Shown here: positions 45,217 through 55,670 of the stretch, piece by piece
Layout: each line of letters starts with the position of its first letter
Numbering within the stretch: the first letter of the stretch is position 1
NCBI GenBank assembly: GCA_044226015.1
Contig: JBGAHS010000001.1
Span: 608,001 to 672,000 of the forward strand
Direction of reading: 5' to 3'
From: Candidatus Obscuribacteraceae bacterium
GTDB taxonomy: Bacteria; Cyanobacteriota; Vampirovibrionia; Obscuribacterales; Obscuribacteraceae
DNA length: 64,000 bases
Notes under the pieces: model-generated
Database searches by the model: none
What the model was told of the DNA's origin: nothing
Seen by the model: the letters and a program-made list of their open reading frames with translations, nothing else
Position numbers and translations under genes: made by a program

Positions 45217-46353
45217 ATGCCAAGAACACCGATAGAGCTTCCATACAAACTCGAGTATCTGTCGATTCTCAATGAAAACGGAGAAGTCGATAGTTCTCTC
45301 GAACCAAAATTGGATGCCAAAAAACTTAAGGACATGTACTTCTGGATGCTCTTCGCGAGACGTGTCGATGAGCGTTTGTTAAAGCTACAGCGTCAAGGAC
45401 GTATAGGCACTTTCCCTCAGTCGTCTGGTCACGAAGCCATAAGCCTGGGTTCTGTGGTGCATCTGGGGAAAGATGATTGGCATGTGCCAGCGTATCGTGA
45501 ATTGGCTGGTTTCCTCTATCGTGGTTGGACTCTGGAAAGTATTCTGACTTACTGGATGGGCTTCGAAGAAGGCGCTCAGCCTCCAGAAGGTGTTAACGAT
45601 TTGCCGATTGCAGTTCCAATTGCAAGCCAGTTGTTGCATGCTGCAGGACTCGGAATGGCGAACAACCTTCGTGGTGACAAAAATGTGGTCATAACCTATT
45701 TCGGTGACGGAGCTTCATCAGAAGGTGACTGTCACGAAGCGTTGAATTTCGCGGCTGTTTATAACGCGCCAGTCGTTTTCGTTTGTTTGAATAATCAATA
45801 CGCAATCTCAGTTCCGCTGCACAAACAGATGAAGAACGAAACAATCGCTCAACGAGCAATCGCTTATGGAATGCGTGGTATCAGAGTAGACGGAAACGAT
45901 GTACTTTCTGTTTACGAAGCTACTCGTGAAGCTGTTGAGCGTGCTCGCAAAGGCGAGGGACCGACCTTAATCGAAGCTTTGACCTACAGATATACGCCGC
46001 ACACAACTGCTGATGACCCGAGCCGTTATCGTTCAGATGAAGAGTGTGCAACATGGACAGCTAAAGAGCCTCTCATTCGCTTCCAAAAGTACTTGGTGAA
46101 CAAGAAGATTCTTACAGATGCTGAAGTGGCTGCAATCGAAGCAGACATCGAAAACCGCATCAACACCGCAATCACTAATGCTGAAGAAGCATGCAAGCAC
46201 CCACCACTGTCAGATCCGTTGGTGATGTTTGATTATCTCTATGCAGATTTGCCACCACATCTGCAAGAGCAACGTGATGAACTTGCGAAGCATTTAGGTT
46301 TAGATTCCAAAGAAAAAAAAACTGAGGCAAGCGCCGTAGGAAGGGGTAGTTAA
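45217..46353 (+). CDS. pdhA: 2-oxoacid (pyruvate or branched-chain) dehydrogenase E1 alpha
   Basis: LQRQGRIG, FGDGASSEGD..EALNFA....NNQYAIS (TPP motif), YR..PHTTADDP.RYR. Confidence 0.88.
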   Translation: MPRTPIELPYKLEYLSILNENGEVDSSLEPKLDAKKLKDMYFWMLFARRVDERLLKLQRQGRIGTFPQSSGHEAISLGSVVHLGKDDWHVPAYRELAGFLYRGWTLESILTYWMGFEEGAQPPEGVNDLPIAVPIASQLLHAAGLGMANNLRGDKNVVITYFGDGASSEGDCHEALNFAAVYNAPVVFVCLNNQYAISVPLHKQMKNETIAQRAIAYGMRGIRVDGNDVLSVYEATREAVERARKGEGPTLIEALTYRYTPHTTADDPSRYRSDEECATWTAKEPLIRFQKYLVNKKILTDAEVAAIEADIENRINTAITNAEEACKHPPLSDPLVMFDYLYADLPPHLQEQRDELAKHLGLDSKEKKTEASAVGRGS

Positions 46354-46355
46354 TC

Positions 46356-47336
46356 ATGGCTGAAATGAATATGGCTAAGGCGATCAACCTCGCCATTAAC
46401 GAAGCAATGGATCGCGATAATCGCGTAGTGGTCATGGGCGAAGACGTTGGACCAGACGAAGGCGTTTTCCGTATTACCGAAGGTTTGCACGCAAAGTACG
46501 GCGACAAGAGAGTCATTGACACTCCGCTTGCAGAATCTGGAATCGTGGGTACGGCTATCGGAATGGCTCTTTATGGGCTTCGTCCAATTGCTGAAATACA
46601 GTTCAGCGGATTCGAGTACTATGCATATCATCAAATTGAAATGCACGCTGCTCGCTTCCGTAACAGAACGCGCGGACGTCACACAGTGCCGATGGTTTTG
46701 CGTTGTCCTTCAGGTGGTGGCATTCGTGCTATCGAACACCACAGTGAAAGCCGTGAAGCAATCTACGTACACTCACCAGGTCTGAAAGTGGTGATGCCAT
46801 CTGGACCACGCAGTGCACGTGCTCTCTTGCATGCTGCAATTCAAGATCCAGATCCAGTAATCTTCTATGAACCAAAAGCACTTTACAGATTGTTCCGCGA
46901 AGATGTTCCTGAAGCAATTGAAACTCTTCCAATCGGTCGTGCTCAGATTGTTCAGGAAGGAAAAGAAATTACATTGATTTCTTACGGTGCCACCGTCAGA
47001 GCCACCATTGATGCAGCAGAAATACTTGAGGAAGAGGACGGCGTTAAGCCCGAAATTATCGACCTCCTGAGTGTGGCTCCGATGGATACAGACGCAATAA
47101 TCAATTCAATTAAGAAGACTGGACGTTGCGTAGTCATTCATGAAGGACCACGCAGCTGTGGCATCGGTTCAGAAGTAATCGCTCGCATCAACGAACATGC
47201 GTTGATGTATCTTGAAGCTCCAATCAAGCGAGTCACCGGATACGATATTCCGATTCCGTATTTCGCTCGTGAGAAAGCTTATCTGCCTGATTCTGAAAGA
47301 ATAGTCAGTGCAGCAAGAGAAGTTCTATCGTTCTAG
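46356..47336 (+). CDS. pdhB: 2-oxoacid dehydrogenase E1 beta
   Basis: GEDVG..GVFR.T.GL, DTPLAESGI.G, EIQFSGF, EHHSES, EPKALYR. Confidence 0.88.
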   Translation: MAEMNMAKAINLAINEAMDRDNRVVVMGEDVGPDEGVFRITEGLHAKYGDKRVIDTPLAESGIVGTAIGMALYGLRPIAEIQFSGFEYYAYHQIEMHAARFRNRTRGRHTVPMVLRCPSGGGIRAIEHHSESREAIYVHSPGLKVVMPSGPRSARALLHAAIQDPDPVIFYEPKALYRLFREDVPEAIETLPIGRAQIVQEGKEITLISYGATVRATIDAAEILEEEDGVKPEIIDLLSVAPMDTDAIINSIKKTGRCVVIHEGPRSCGIGSEVIARINEHALMYLEAPIKRVTGYDIPIPYFAREKAYLPDSERIVSAAREVLSF

Positions 47337-47343
47337 GACCGAC

Positions 47344-47365
47344 AGGGGCGCTTTAGAGCGCCCCT
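47344..47365 (+). other. intergenic GC-rich hairpin between E1 beta and E2
   Basis: AGGGGCGCT-TTAG-AGCGCCCCT perfect 9-bp stem. Confidence 0.55.
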
Positions 47366-47403
47366 TCTGGTTTCATAACGCATTTATCGAGGAGTAAAAA
47401 GGG

Positions 47404-48807
47404 ATGTCGTTCGAATTCAAACTTCCAGACGTTGGTGAAGGAATCCACGAAGCGGAAGTTCTTGCCATTAAAGTCAAAGTTGGTGATACCGTTAAAGAGT
47501 ATCAACCTATATTTGATGTGGAAACAGACAAAGCCGTTGTAGAAATCACTTCTCCCACCGCTGGAGTTGTGGAAAAGATTCTCGTCAAAGTTGGCGAAAT
47601 GGCTAAAGTCGGAAACACAATGATCACTTTCAATACAAGTGGTCAGGCTGCTCCTGCCGCTGCTGCAGAAAAAGTTGCTGAACCGGCAGCTAAGGCTGCG
47701 GCCCCAGCTGCTCGTGCTGCTGAAGCTGTCGCTGGAGGCAATGGACGCTCGGCTGCAGCTGTGGCTGAAGCTCCTGCGTTGCGAGCCGAAGGTCCAGTAC
47801 CGGCAGCCCCCGCAACTCGTCGGCTCGCACGTGAAATGGGCGTTGACTTGCGCCTTGTGAAAGGTTCGGGTCCTGCTGGACGAGTGGTCAAAGAAGATAT
47901 TCGTGCATTTGCTGAAGGTGTTCCATCTAGTGTGAGAACTGCCAGCTCTGCGGGAGCATCTGTGCCTCCTACACATCGTCATTCACCGGCTGCTCGCTCG
48001 GGCAGTACAGGTGGACGTGAAAGTGGTGGCGAAGCTGATGCCAACTTGTCTCGTGAGCCCTTGACTCTTTCTCCGTTTGATATGCCAGATTTCACCAAGT
48101 TTGGTCCGGTAGATAGAGTGCCTCTGCGCTCATTGCGTCGTCGAATAGCAATCAACATGACTCAGTCTTGGACTCATGTTCCGCATGTGGCGCACTTCGA
48201 CCAGATCGATATAACAGATCTAGAAAAATACAGACAAAAGCACGAAGCATCAGTTGCACAAAAGGGCGGAAAGCTGACTCTCACTGTTCTAACGTTGAAA
48301 GCAATAGTTTCTGCGTTGAAGAAGTTTCCTCAATTCAACTCAAGTCTGGATGAGAAGACTAGCGAAATCATTTACAAGCGCTACTACAACATCGGCGTCG
48401 CTGTTGCTACAGAGCGCGGTTTGATTGTTCCTGTGATTAAAGATGTGGATAAGAAGAGCATCGTTGATCTCTCTGTGGAACTTGCAGACCTCGCAACCAA
48501 AACGCGTGATGGCAAAGTTGAGTTAGACAAGCTGCAAGGCGGCACATTCACCATTACAAACATTGGTGCAATCGGTGGAACCGGCATGATGCCGATGGTG
48601 AATTATCCTGAAGTTGGCATCTTTGGAATGGCAAAATCCAAGTTGCAACCAGTAGTTAATAAGCAGGGTGAAATTGTAGTTCGGAATATTTTGAATTGCA
48701 CACTCTCTTTCGACCACCGAGTTGCTGACGGAGCTGAGGCTGCTTATTTCGTCAGACATGTGTCTGAGTGTCTTGAGGATCCCTTTAAACTTTTGCTGGA
48801 GGCGTAA
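47404..48807 (+). CDS. pdhC: dihydrolipoamide acyltransferase E2 (one lipoyl domain)
   Basis: LPDVGEG, VETDKA lipoylation site, [15 protein letters not shown]3-binding domain, FDHRVADG. Confidence 0.9.
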   Translation: MSFEFKLPDVGEGIHEAEVLAIKVKVGDTVKEYQPIFDVETDKAVVEITSPTAGVVEKILVKVGEMAKVGNTMITFNTSGQAAPAAAAEKVAEPAAKAAAPAARAAEAVAGGNGRSAAAVAEAPALRAEGPVPAAPATRRLAREMGVDLRLVKGSGPAGRVVKEDIRAFAEGVPSSVRTASSAGASVPPTHRHSPAARSGSTGGRESGGEADANLSREPLTLSPFDMPDFTKFGPVDRVPLRSLRRRIAINMTQSWTHVPHVAHFDQIDITDLEKYRQKHEASVAQKGGKLTLTVLTLKAIVSALKKFPQFNSSLDEKTSEIIYKRYYNIGVAVATERGLIVPVIKDVDKKSIVDLSVELADLATKTRDGKVELDKLQGGTFTITNIGAIGGTGMMPMVNYPEVGIFGMAKSKLQPVVNKQGEIVVRNILNCTLSFDHRVADGAEAAYFVRHVSECLEDPFKLLLEA

Positions 48808-48810
48808 GCA

Positions 48811-50250
48811 ATGGTAGTAGGTGAAATGGTGCAAGAAACCCAGCTAGTCGTTATCGGCGCTGGACCAGGTGGATACACTGCTGCGTTGCGTGCTGCTGAG
48901 TTGGGCATCAAATGTATGCTTGTTGAAGCATCTCCCAAGCCGGGCGGAACCTGCCTTCACGTTGGTTGTATTCCATCGAAAGCGCTTTTGCACGCTGCGG
49001 AAGTCGTCGAGGAAGCTAAGGTCGCTGAAACATTCGGTTTGACTTTTGGCAAGCCAAAAATCGAAGTGGATAAATTGCGCGGCTGGAAAGAAAGCATTCT
49101 CGATAAGCTCGCTAGTGGCATTGCAGGCAAATGCAAGAGCGCTGGCGTGGAAATTATACGCGGCAACGCACTTTTCAAAGACAATAGAAGTGTGCGTGTT
49201 GAAGCTGACGGTGAATCTGCCGTTCGCATCAAATTCAAACAGTGCATCATTGCTACTGGCTCACGTCCAGTAATGCCTAAAATGTTCGATATCGGCTCGC
49301 CCCGAGTGATGGATTCTACCGGAGCGCTAGCGCTTCAAGACATTCCCAAAACTCTTCTTATAGTTGGCGGTGGTTACATCGGGCTTGAGATGGGCACTGT
49401 TTACGCAGCGCTAGGCAGCGAAGTAACCGTTGTTGAAATGACAGATGGCTTGTTGCCTGGTGTCGATCGCGACCTCGTTCGTCCCTTGCAAAATCATTTG
49501 CAGTCAGCGTTTAAGAACATCTATTTGAACACTAAAGTTGCAAAAGTTGAAGACACCGGCAGTGGTGTCAAAGCTAGTCTCGAAGGAAAAGATGTTCCAG
49601 CAGAGATGACATTTGACCGTGTGCTTGTTTCTGTTGGCAGAAGACCTAATACCGATAACCTGGGTCTAGAGTCCTGCGGAGTGAAGACCGACGATCATGG
49701 ATTCATCATTGTTGATGAAGAATGTCGCACATCTGAAAAGCGCATCTGGGCAATCGGCGATTGTTCAGGGCAGCCGATGCTTGCTCATAGAGCAATTCGT
49801 CAGGCGATGGTGGCAGCAGAGGTGATAGCTGGTAAGAAGTCGGCTTTCGACAATCGTTGCATTCCAGCTGTTGTGTTTACTCAGCCAGAAATTGCGTATG
49901 TCGGACTGACGGACACCGAAGCAAAAGCAAAGGGAATTGAAGTCGCTTCCAGCAAAATGCCGTGGTCGGCTAATGGTCGCGCGCATACACTGGCTGAACC
50001 CACCGGTCAGACCAAAGTGCTTTACGATCCCCAAACTGGAAGAGTTTTAGGAGTCGGCCTCGTCGGACCTCGCGCCGGTGAATTGATTTCTGAGGCTGCT
50101 GTGGCTATAGAGATGGGCGCCGTTTTGGAAGACCTGGCTGTGTCGATACACACACATCCAACGCTTTCCGAAACAATTATGGAGTCAGCTCAATCGGCTC
50201 TCGCTCGCATCGAACGACAAGCCAAGCGTGAAACCAGCAATGTGGGCTAA
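48811..50250 (+). CDS. lpdA: dihydrolipoamide dehydrogenase E3
   Basis: GAGPGGY, GGTCLHVGCIPSK, GGGYIGLE, HTHPTLSE. Confidence 0.95.
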   Translation: MVVGEMVQETQLVVIGAGPGGYTAALRAAELGIKCMLVEASPKPGGTCLHVGCIPSKALLHAAEVVEEAKVAETFGLTFGKPKIEVDKLRGWKESILDKLASGIAGKCKSAGVEIIRGNALFKDNRSVRVEADGESAVRIKFKQCIIATGSRPVMPKMFDIGSPRVMDSTGALALQDIPKTLLIVGGGYIGLEMGTVYAALGSEVTVVEMTDGLLPGVDRDLVRPLQNHLQSAFKNIYLNTKVAKVEDTGSGVKASLEGKDVPAEMTFDRVLVSVGRRPNTDNLGLESCGVKTDDHGFIIVDEECRTSEKRIWAIGDCSGQPMLAHRAIRQAMVAAEVIAGKKSAFDNRCIPAVVFTQPEIAYVGLTDTEAKAKGIEVASSKMPWSANGRAHTLAEPTGQTKVLYDPQTGRVLGVGLVGPRAGELISEAAVAIEMGAVLEDLAVSIHTHPTLSETIMESAQSALARIERQAKRETSNVG

Positions 50251-50289
50251 GGTGTCGAAGGGTTGAACCTTCGTTCCAAGAACAAATTT

Positions 50290-50323
50290 AAAGCGCTCGC
50301 CACAATTGGCGGGCGCTTTTTTT
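50290..50323 (+). terminator. intrinsic terminator of the dehydrogenase operon
   Basis: AAAGCGCTCGCCA-CAAT-TGGCGGGCGCTTT stem followed by T-run. Confidence 0.85.
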
Positions 50324-50418
50324 GTGTGCAGGAAGAGGGTGGAAGTGTTTCTTTTGTCTGTCTGAGATTTGCACCGTATATGGTGTCGAAAGATTTTGGA
50401 GGTGGCGTGGCTTCGAAC

Positions 50419-50745
50419 TCAGGCGCAAAACTTTTTCTTTGAATCTACTCTCAGTTCTTGCTTTATCAGCTCAAGTGCCGCGGAGTTCTTTTTCAGGTAT
50501 GTGACTCCAAAAAGTACTCCAGCCGCGCTAAATAGAAGTGTTAGCAGCGAGGCTTGGGTCGGAGAACATGATGCTTGTGTTTCTTGATAGGCTCGAAGCT
50601 GGCTGCCAAATGTAGAGAAGTACATTTCTTTCTGATGCGCAAGAAACGAGTTCTCAACGTTCACTGCTGCTTTTCCGAAACCAAAGCCCGCCATAGTACA
50701 AGTACTCAAAATGCCAACCTTTATTGCCGTTGCTTTTATGTTCAT
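50419..50745 (-). CDS. small two-TM membrane protein
   Basis: 108 aa with two hydrophobic segments. Confidence 0.5.
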   Translation of the reverse strand: MNIKATAIKVGILSTCTMAGFGFGKAAVNVENSFLAHQKEMYFSTFGSQLRAYQETQASCSPTQASLLTLLFSAAGVLFGVTYLKKNSAALELIKQELRVDSKKKFCA

Positions 50746-50884
50746 CAGGCTCTGACCAATATCACCACTACAATATCGATTCTAGAGCCTCCGAAATTTG
50801 TCGGCATCTGGCTCAAGTCATTAACGGGCATGACCTGAGTCATTTTTCTTGTAGAATTAGTCCATATCCTTTCTGGGTGCAACA

Positions 50885-52393
50885 ATGAAAAGCCTTTGCA
50901 GGCAGCTCATTTCAATGATTTTTCTGTCTGCACTCTGCCAGGCATGTGTCGTTGTGCCTGAATCGACTGACGATATATTGCATGACTGGAAGTCTCACGT
51001 AAACAACGCACGCGAATTAGCCAAGAAAGGCAATACCAAACAAGCTGAGTCAGAATATGCTGCAGCAAACAAGGCTCTTGGTAGTGAATCAGATTTGATC
51101 ATTTATCATGCGCTGACCTTGAGGGAATTGGGACATTTGTACCTTTCTGAGAAGAGAAATGTTGATGCCAAAAGTTCTTTTATCAAAGCAGCTGATTTGT
51201 TCCAAGCGCAAAGAAAGAAGGATGCTGAGATTTATAGCATTTATGCCAGGCAGCATTTTGATGCGCTCTATCAACTGGGGTTGATGGAACTTGCCGCTAA
51301 GCAGAAGGTAAAAGCAATAGAGTTCTTTCGGCAGGCTCTCTGGGCTGACACCACGAATGAGTTAGCAGAAAAGTGTAAGGAGCAATTGCTTTTTCTTGAA
51401 GGTGATGTCGGTATGCGACCACAAATTTCAGAGTCTGTTTTCAAAACAGTAAGAGGCCTTGCTGAAATAAGTGAGTCACATCGGCTGCAGACCACAAGTT
51501 TGCTGATGCTAGCGCGCAAAGAGCAAGCGAATGGAAATGTTGAACTTGCGCTTCAGTACCTGAATGCGCTCTATGACTTGGGTAAACAGCGGAATGATTG
51601 GGCTTGCCAGGCTCAACTTCGTTTTGAATTAATCAGGCACCAGTACTTCTGTGGAAATCTTGATGATGCGCGAAAGCTATGCGACGACGCTCTCCGCTTG
51701 TCTTCAGAAAACGAAGAATATGCTCGTCTGAAGTTTGCCTATCTGATTTGCATGTTCAAAATCGAAGATAGGTTGAAGCATTTTCAGGACGCGGATAGTT
51801 TTTGGAAGCAAGCCGTAGAACTCGAGAAAGCTGATAAGACGGGGAAATTGAGAGGACGCGAAATTGCCATTCTTGAGCAAATCGCACAACTAGATGTCGA
51901 TACAAGGCACAATGTTGAGGCCATAAGAGGTTTCAAACGGCTCTTTGAACTCATTCACTCGGGGCCAGCTATCAGACCTGTAATCTATTCCCATTACCAG
52001 AGTTTGTATGGAACAGCTCTTTTGAACAATGGTGATTTTGAAGAGTCTCGCAAAATCTTTCTTGAATCTCTTTCACCTGAAATGAGAAAAGATGACAGAT
52101 ATCGTTCTCTCACTGGCTTGACCAGCGTCTATCTTGCACAACATCGCCCGGTTGAGGCCAAAAAATGTGCTCTTGAAGCCAAATCTCTAGCTGTCGATAG
52201 TTCCGGGCAAGTTATGGTGCTGATGTTGCTTGCCAAGTGTGCTCGCGAAGCGGCTAACTCAAAGGAAGGGCTGCTTCTAATCGATAAGGCGCTTGCCGAG
52301 TCCGAAAAGCTTAAAGGAACCCAATCTCCTCAGTTCATCGAAGCCGTGAAGGCTAACTGTAGTGTTCTTAAGAAACAATTTGAAGGTCGCTAG
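50885..52393 (+). CDS. TPR-repeat putative lipoprotein
   Basis: signal peptide ending LCQAC; multiple TPR-like helices. Confidence 0.75.
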   Translation: MKSLCRQLISMIFLSALCQACVVVPESTDDILHDWKSHVNNARELAKKGNTKQAESEYAAANKALGSESDLIIYHALTLRELGHLYLSEKRNVDAKSSFIKAADLFQAQRKKDAEIYSIYARQHFDALYQLGLMELAAKQKVKAIEFFRQALWADTTNELAEKCKEQLLFLEGDVGMRPQISESVFKTVRGLAEISESHRLQTTSLLMLARKEQANGNVELALQYLNALYDLGKQRNDWACQAQLRFELIRHQYFCGNLDDARKLCDDALRLSSENEEYARLKFAYLICMFKIEDRLKHFQDADSFWKQAVELEKADKTGKLRGREIAILEQIAQLDVDTRHNVEAIRGFKRLFELIHSGPAIRPVIYSHYQSLYGTALLNNGDFEESRKIFLESLSPEMRKDDRYRSLTGLTSVYLAQHRPVEAKKCALEAKSLAVDSSGQVMVLMLLAKCAREAANSKEGLLLIDKALAESEKLKGTQSPQFIEAVKANCSVLKKQFEGR

Positions 52394-52499
52394 CACCTTG
52401 TTATTCCTCAACTAACGGTATATGCTGTGTAGGCCTTTTGACGGTTCGTTGGAACCGTAGGCGATATGTGCTTTTGCTTCTCTTGACGGAGGATACAAG

Positions 52500-54023
52500 A
52501 TGGCAGTTACGCAGAGTGCTGTGAAAACGTGCGACCTTTTCGTGGGCGGTAAATGGGTGGCTTCAAAAGCCCAAGATTTCACGAATGTTTGGAATCCTTC
52601 CACTGGCGAAGTGATAGCTAAGGTTCCTGTGTGCAAGGCTGATGAAGTTGATCTTGCTGTGCAGGAAGCCCAAAAGGCTTTTCCAGCATGGAATGACACA
52701 CCAATTGTTGAGCGTACAAGAGTTATGTACCGCTTCAAAGGGTTGCTGGAAAAAAATTATGATGCTATCGCTAGAGAAGTTTGCAGAGAGCATGGTAAGA
52801 CTTTCGCCGAGGCAAGAGCCTCCCTGTTGCGCGGCATGGAAGTAGTCGAATTCACGCTCGGCATTCCAAGCCTCATTATGGGTGAGTGCATGGAGAATAT
52901 CGCAACCAATGTTGATTGTGAAACCATGCGGCATCCACTTGGTGTTTGCGCTGGTATCACACCTTTCAATTTCCCGGCGATGGTGCCATTGTGGATGTAC
53001 CCAATCGCTATCACCTGCGGAAATACTTTCGTGTTGAAACCTTCAGAAAAGGTTCCGCTGACCAGCATGATGATTGCTGAGCTTTTGAAGGAAGCTGGTC
53101 TGCCCGATGGTGTTTTCAATATTGTGCATGGCGGCAAAGAGGCTGTTGATGCGATTCTCACGCATCCTTTAGTGAAAGCTGTTTCGTTTGTCGGTTCAAC
53201 CCACATCGCTAAGTACATCTATGAAGTTGGATGCAAAAATGGTAAGCGAGTGCAAGCAGCTGGTGGAGCTAAGAACCACATCATCATCATGCCAGATGCT
53301 GATATGGACTACACCGTGCAAGCTTTGCAGTCGTCAGCTTTCGGTTGCGCTGGCGAGCGTTGCATGGCAGGCAGCCTTGCAATTCCAGTTGGCGAAGCTG
53401 CGGAAGAACTGATTCCGAAGCTCGTTGAATCATCCGCCAAAATGAAGGTGGGACGCACCGATGGTGATACCAGCCCTGATATGGGACCAGTAATCTCTTC
53501 AGAGCATTTGAAGAAAGTCAAATCTCTCATCGACATGGGAGAAAAAGAAGGTGCGGAAGTGGCACTCGATGGACGTGCTCTCAAGGTGAGTGATGCTCCA
53601 GACGGGTTCTTCCTCGGACCAACAATTCTCGACAAGACTACCTCTCAAATGAGTGTAGTGAAAGAAGAAATTTTTGGACCAGTGTTGAGCGTTTGCAGAG
53701 TCAATACAATTGAAGATGCAATCAAGCTTGGACAAGAGTGCCCATACGGTAATGGCGCTGTCATCTACACAAACAGCGGAAAAGCAGCAAGAGAATTTAA
53801 ACGCTACTTCAATGCTGGAATGATTGGCATCAACGTTGGCGTACCAGCGCCGATGGCTTGGTTCCCATTCACAGGATGGAATGCGTCATTCTACGGTGAT
53901 TTGCACATCCAGGGACGCGAGGGCATCTCATTCTACACACAACAAAAGATGACGATGACCAGATGGTTTGATGGAAAGCCGAGCAAGAAATTCCTCGACC
54001 CAATCTGGAAGGGCAAGAGCTAG
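52500..54023 (+). CDS. mmsA: CoA-acylating (methyl)malonate-semialdehyde dehydrogenase
   Basis: GITPFNFPAMVPLW, LKPSEKVP, SFVGST, GGAKNH, FGCAGERCMA, EEIFGPV, GMIGINVGVPAP. Confidence 0.93.
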   Translation: MAVTQSAVKTCDLFVGGKWVASKAQDFTNVWNPSTGEVIAKVPVCKADEVDLAVQEAQKAFPAWNDTPIVERTRVMYRFKGLLEKNYDAIAREVCREHGKTFAEARASLLRGMEVVEFTLGIPSLIMGECMENIATNVDCETMRHPLGVCAGITPFNFPAMVPLWMYPIAITCGNTFVLKPSEKVPLTSMMIAELLKEAGLPDGVFNIVHGGKEAVDAILTHPLVKAVSFVGSTHIAKYIYEVGCKNGKRVQAAGGAKNHIIIMPDADMDYTVQALQSSAFGCAGERCMAGSLAIPVGEAAEELIPKLVESSAKMKVGRTDGDTSPDMGPVISSEHLKKVKSLIDMGEKEGAEVALDGRALKVSDAPDGFFLGPTILDKTTSQMSVVKEEIFGPVLSVCRVNTIEDAIKLGQECPYGNGAVIYTNSGKAAREFKRYFNAGMIGINVGVPAPMAWFPFTGWNASFYGDLHIQGREGISFYTQQKMTMTRWFDGKPSKKFLDPIWKGKS

Positions 54024-54112
54024 CTGCGGACTCACGCTGGGCGCCAGCATCGTGCTGGCTGCTAAAATTCCCAGCGATTAGAATACGCTTTCGCTCATGA
54101 ATACGAGACTAT

Positions 54113-54147
54113 AAAAAGAGGTGACAGTGTGAACTGTCACCTTTTTT
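54113..54147. terminator. bidirectional intrinsic terminator
   Basis: AAAAAGAGGTGACAGT-GTGA-ACTGTCACCTTTTTT between convergent genes. Confidence 0.85.
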
Positions 54148-54151
54148 GCAG

Positions 54152-55336
54152 CTATTGCTTTTTCTTACCGTTTTCGTCGCAGTCGTCACCGTTCTGCGGC
54201 GGTTTATCATTTTTTTCGCGGTCGTTTTTGCCAGCATCGTCATTTCTGTCGCCGCCATCTCTCTTGCCGCGATCGCTACGATAGTTGTCCCAATTATCGC
54301 GTTCGTATCGGTTGCGCTCAGAGTCATACTCAGAATCCTGGCGATGTCTTTCGTCACGATCCAAATCAGGCATGCGCGACAAGCGTGGACCATACTTAAC
54401 ATCCAATTGCCATCCTCCATTGTAGCGGTCGCCATAGCGATCGTACGTTCCCGCTGGAGGCATGATTGAAAGGTACATGCTTGTAGTTGCCAGACGTGGG
54501 TTAAATGGTGGTGGCGTATTTGGTACTATTGGTGGAATCTTCAATACTGTCAGCAGCCACTCGCCTAACTTAGGGTTCTTATACCCAATGTAGCCGGAAG
54601 CCAGTGAGAGACTGGTGTCAAAGGTATAGTTGCCTAGCGTGTTTCTCACGATATGCAAGTTCTTCCATGTATGTTCATCGCTATGCCATGTATCTTTGAC
54701 TGCATCGCTGAATTTTTCCCAGCGGCGATGATCATGCAAAGTATCGAGGACAAATCGGCTTGTGAAATAGGTTCCAATAACTAGCGATGTTGCAGCGCCA
54801 AGTTTGCCAGCTTTGGACATTGCAGCTAGCGTTCCACCGATTACAATCGATGAGGCAATCTGCGGAATATGGTCAGGTAAGTTCGCTATTCCATAGAAGA
54901 AACTCTGTCCTACACCGCCGCCAATTACGAATGCTTCGCGTTTCAGCTTGGTGGAAAAGTTCTCACAGCTTCCTCCTTTTAGAACATCACCCGGATTAGG
55001 CAATGGTGGCGGACCGTCATGGTCGCCTTTTCCTGGTGGAGCCGGAAACGGATTGGGATGTGGTGAATCTTTCGGAGGTCCCGGAAACGGATTAGGGTGT
55101 GGTGAATCCTTCGGTGGCCCCGCTGGAGGAATTTTCCAGGGGCTCGGCCTATCGTAGAAGGAATTGAGCGGCTGCTGTTGTTGTGTGTCGAAAGGGGCTT
55201 TTGAGATACTACTTAAAGCCTGTTCTTTTGCTTTTTCAAACGCTTCCGCGCTGAGACGTGAGTCACCAGAGGCAGTGCCAGTGCCATCTCGCGGGGAGAT
55301 GTCTCTGGAAAAAGCTAGTCGGTCATCACCGCTCAT
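54152..55336 (-). CDS. hypothetical protein: Pro-rich N-terminus, Gly-rich hydrophobic core, Asp/Arg-rich tail
   Basis: ORF open to 55420; likely ATG 55336 after AGAGGG; GPPKDSPHPNPFP twice. Confidence 0.7.
   Translation of the reverse strand: MSGDDRLAFSRDISPRDGTGTASGDSRLSAEAFEKAKEQALSSISKAPFDTQQQQPLNSFYDRPSPWKIPPAGPPKDSPHPNPFPGPPKDSPHPNPFPAPPGKGDHDGPPPLPNPGDVLKGGSCENFSTKLKREAFVIGGGVGQSFFYGIANLPDHIPQIASSIVIGGTLAAMSKAGKLGAATSLVIGTYFTSRFVLDTLHDHRRWEKFSDAVKDTWHSDEHTWKNLHIVRNTLGNYTFDTSLSLASGYIGYKNPKLGEWLLTVLKIPPIVPNTPPPFNPRLATTSMYLSIMPPAGTYDRYGDRYNGGWQLDVKYGPRLSRMPDLDRDERHRQDSEYDSERNRYERDNWDNYRSDRGKRDGGDRNDDAGKNDREKNDKPPQNGDDCDENGKKKQ
55042..55119. repeat. two imperfect 39-bp tandem coding repeats
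   Basis: CCGGAAACGGATT(G/A)GG(A/G)TGTGGTGAATC(T/C)TTCGG(A/T)GG(T/C)C twice; encodes GPPKDSPHPNPFP on the minus strand. Confidence 0.85.
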
Positions 55337-55670
55337 GGTTCCCTCTGTTGCCCAAACGCTCTCAAGCCCATTTTGAGACCGCTTGATAACAAGACTACGG
55401 GGATATATATCCACTGTCATCTAATAAAACGTTAGGCTATACGGTCTGCTTGGGGAAAACCCGTAGTAAAAAGCAGCAGTTTTCGCAATTATGTGATGGA
55501 ATTTATTTGCCAGGTTGGCGTTTGCTTTCGCTTCCAGACTTTTAGTTGATGTTCTACAAGTAGAGAAAACGAAAATAGGGAAAGCCCTTCACGTCCATTC
55601 GGTTGGGTGGGGCTTTCAGTGAGTGTAGAGATGCGAGAATACAAAATCGGTTCCCCAGGAGATCAGCTAA

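Noticed and set aside
47353..47982. 209-aa minus-strand ORF
   Set aside because: Antisense to the E2 gene; Ser/Arg-rich shadow of the Ala-rich linker
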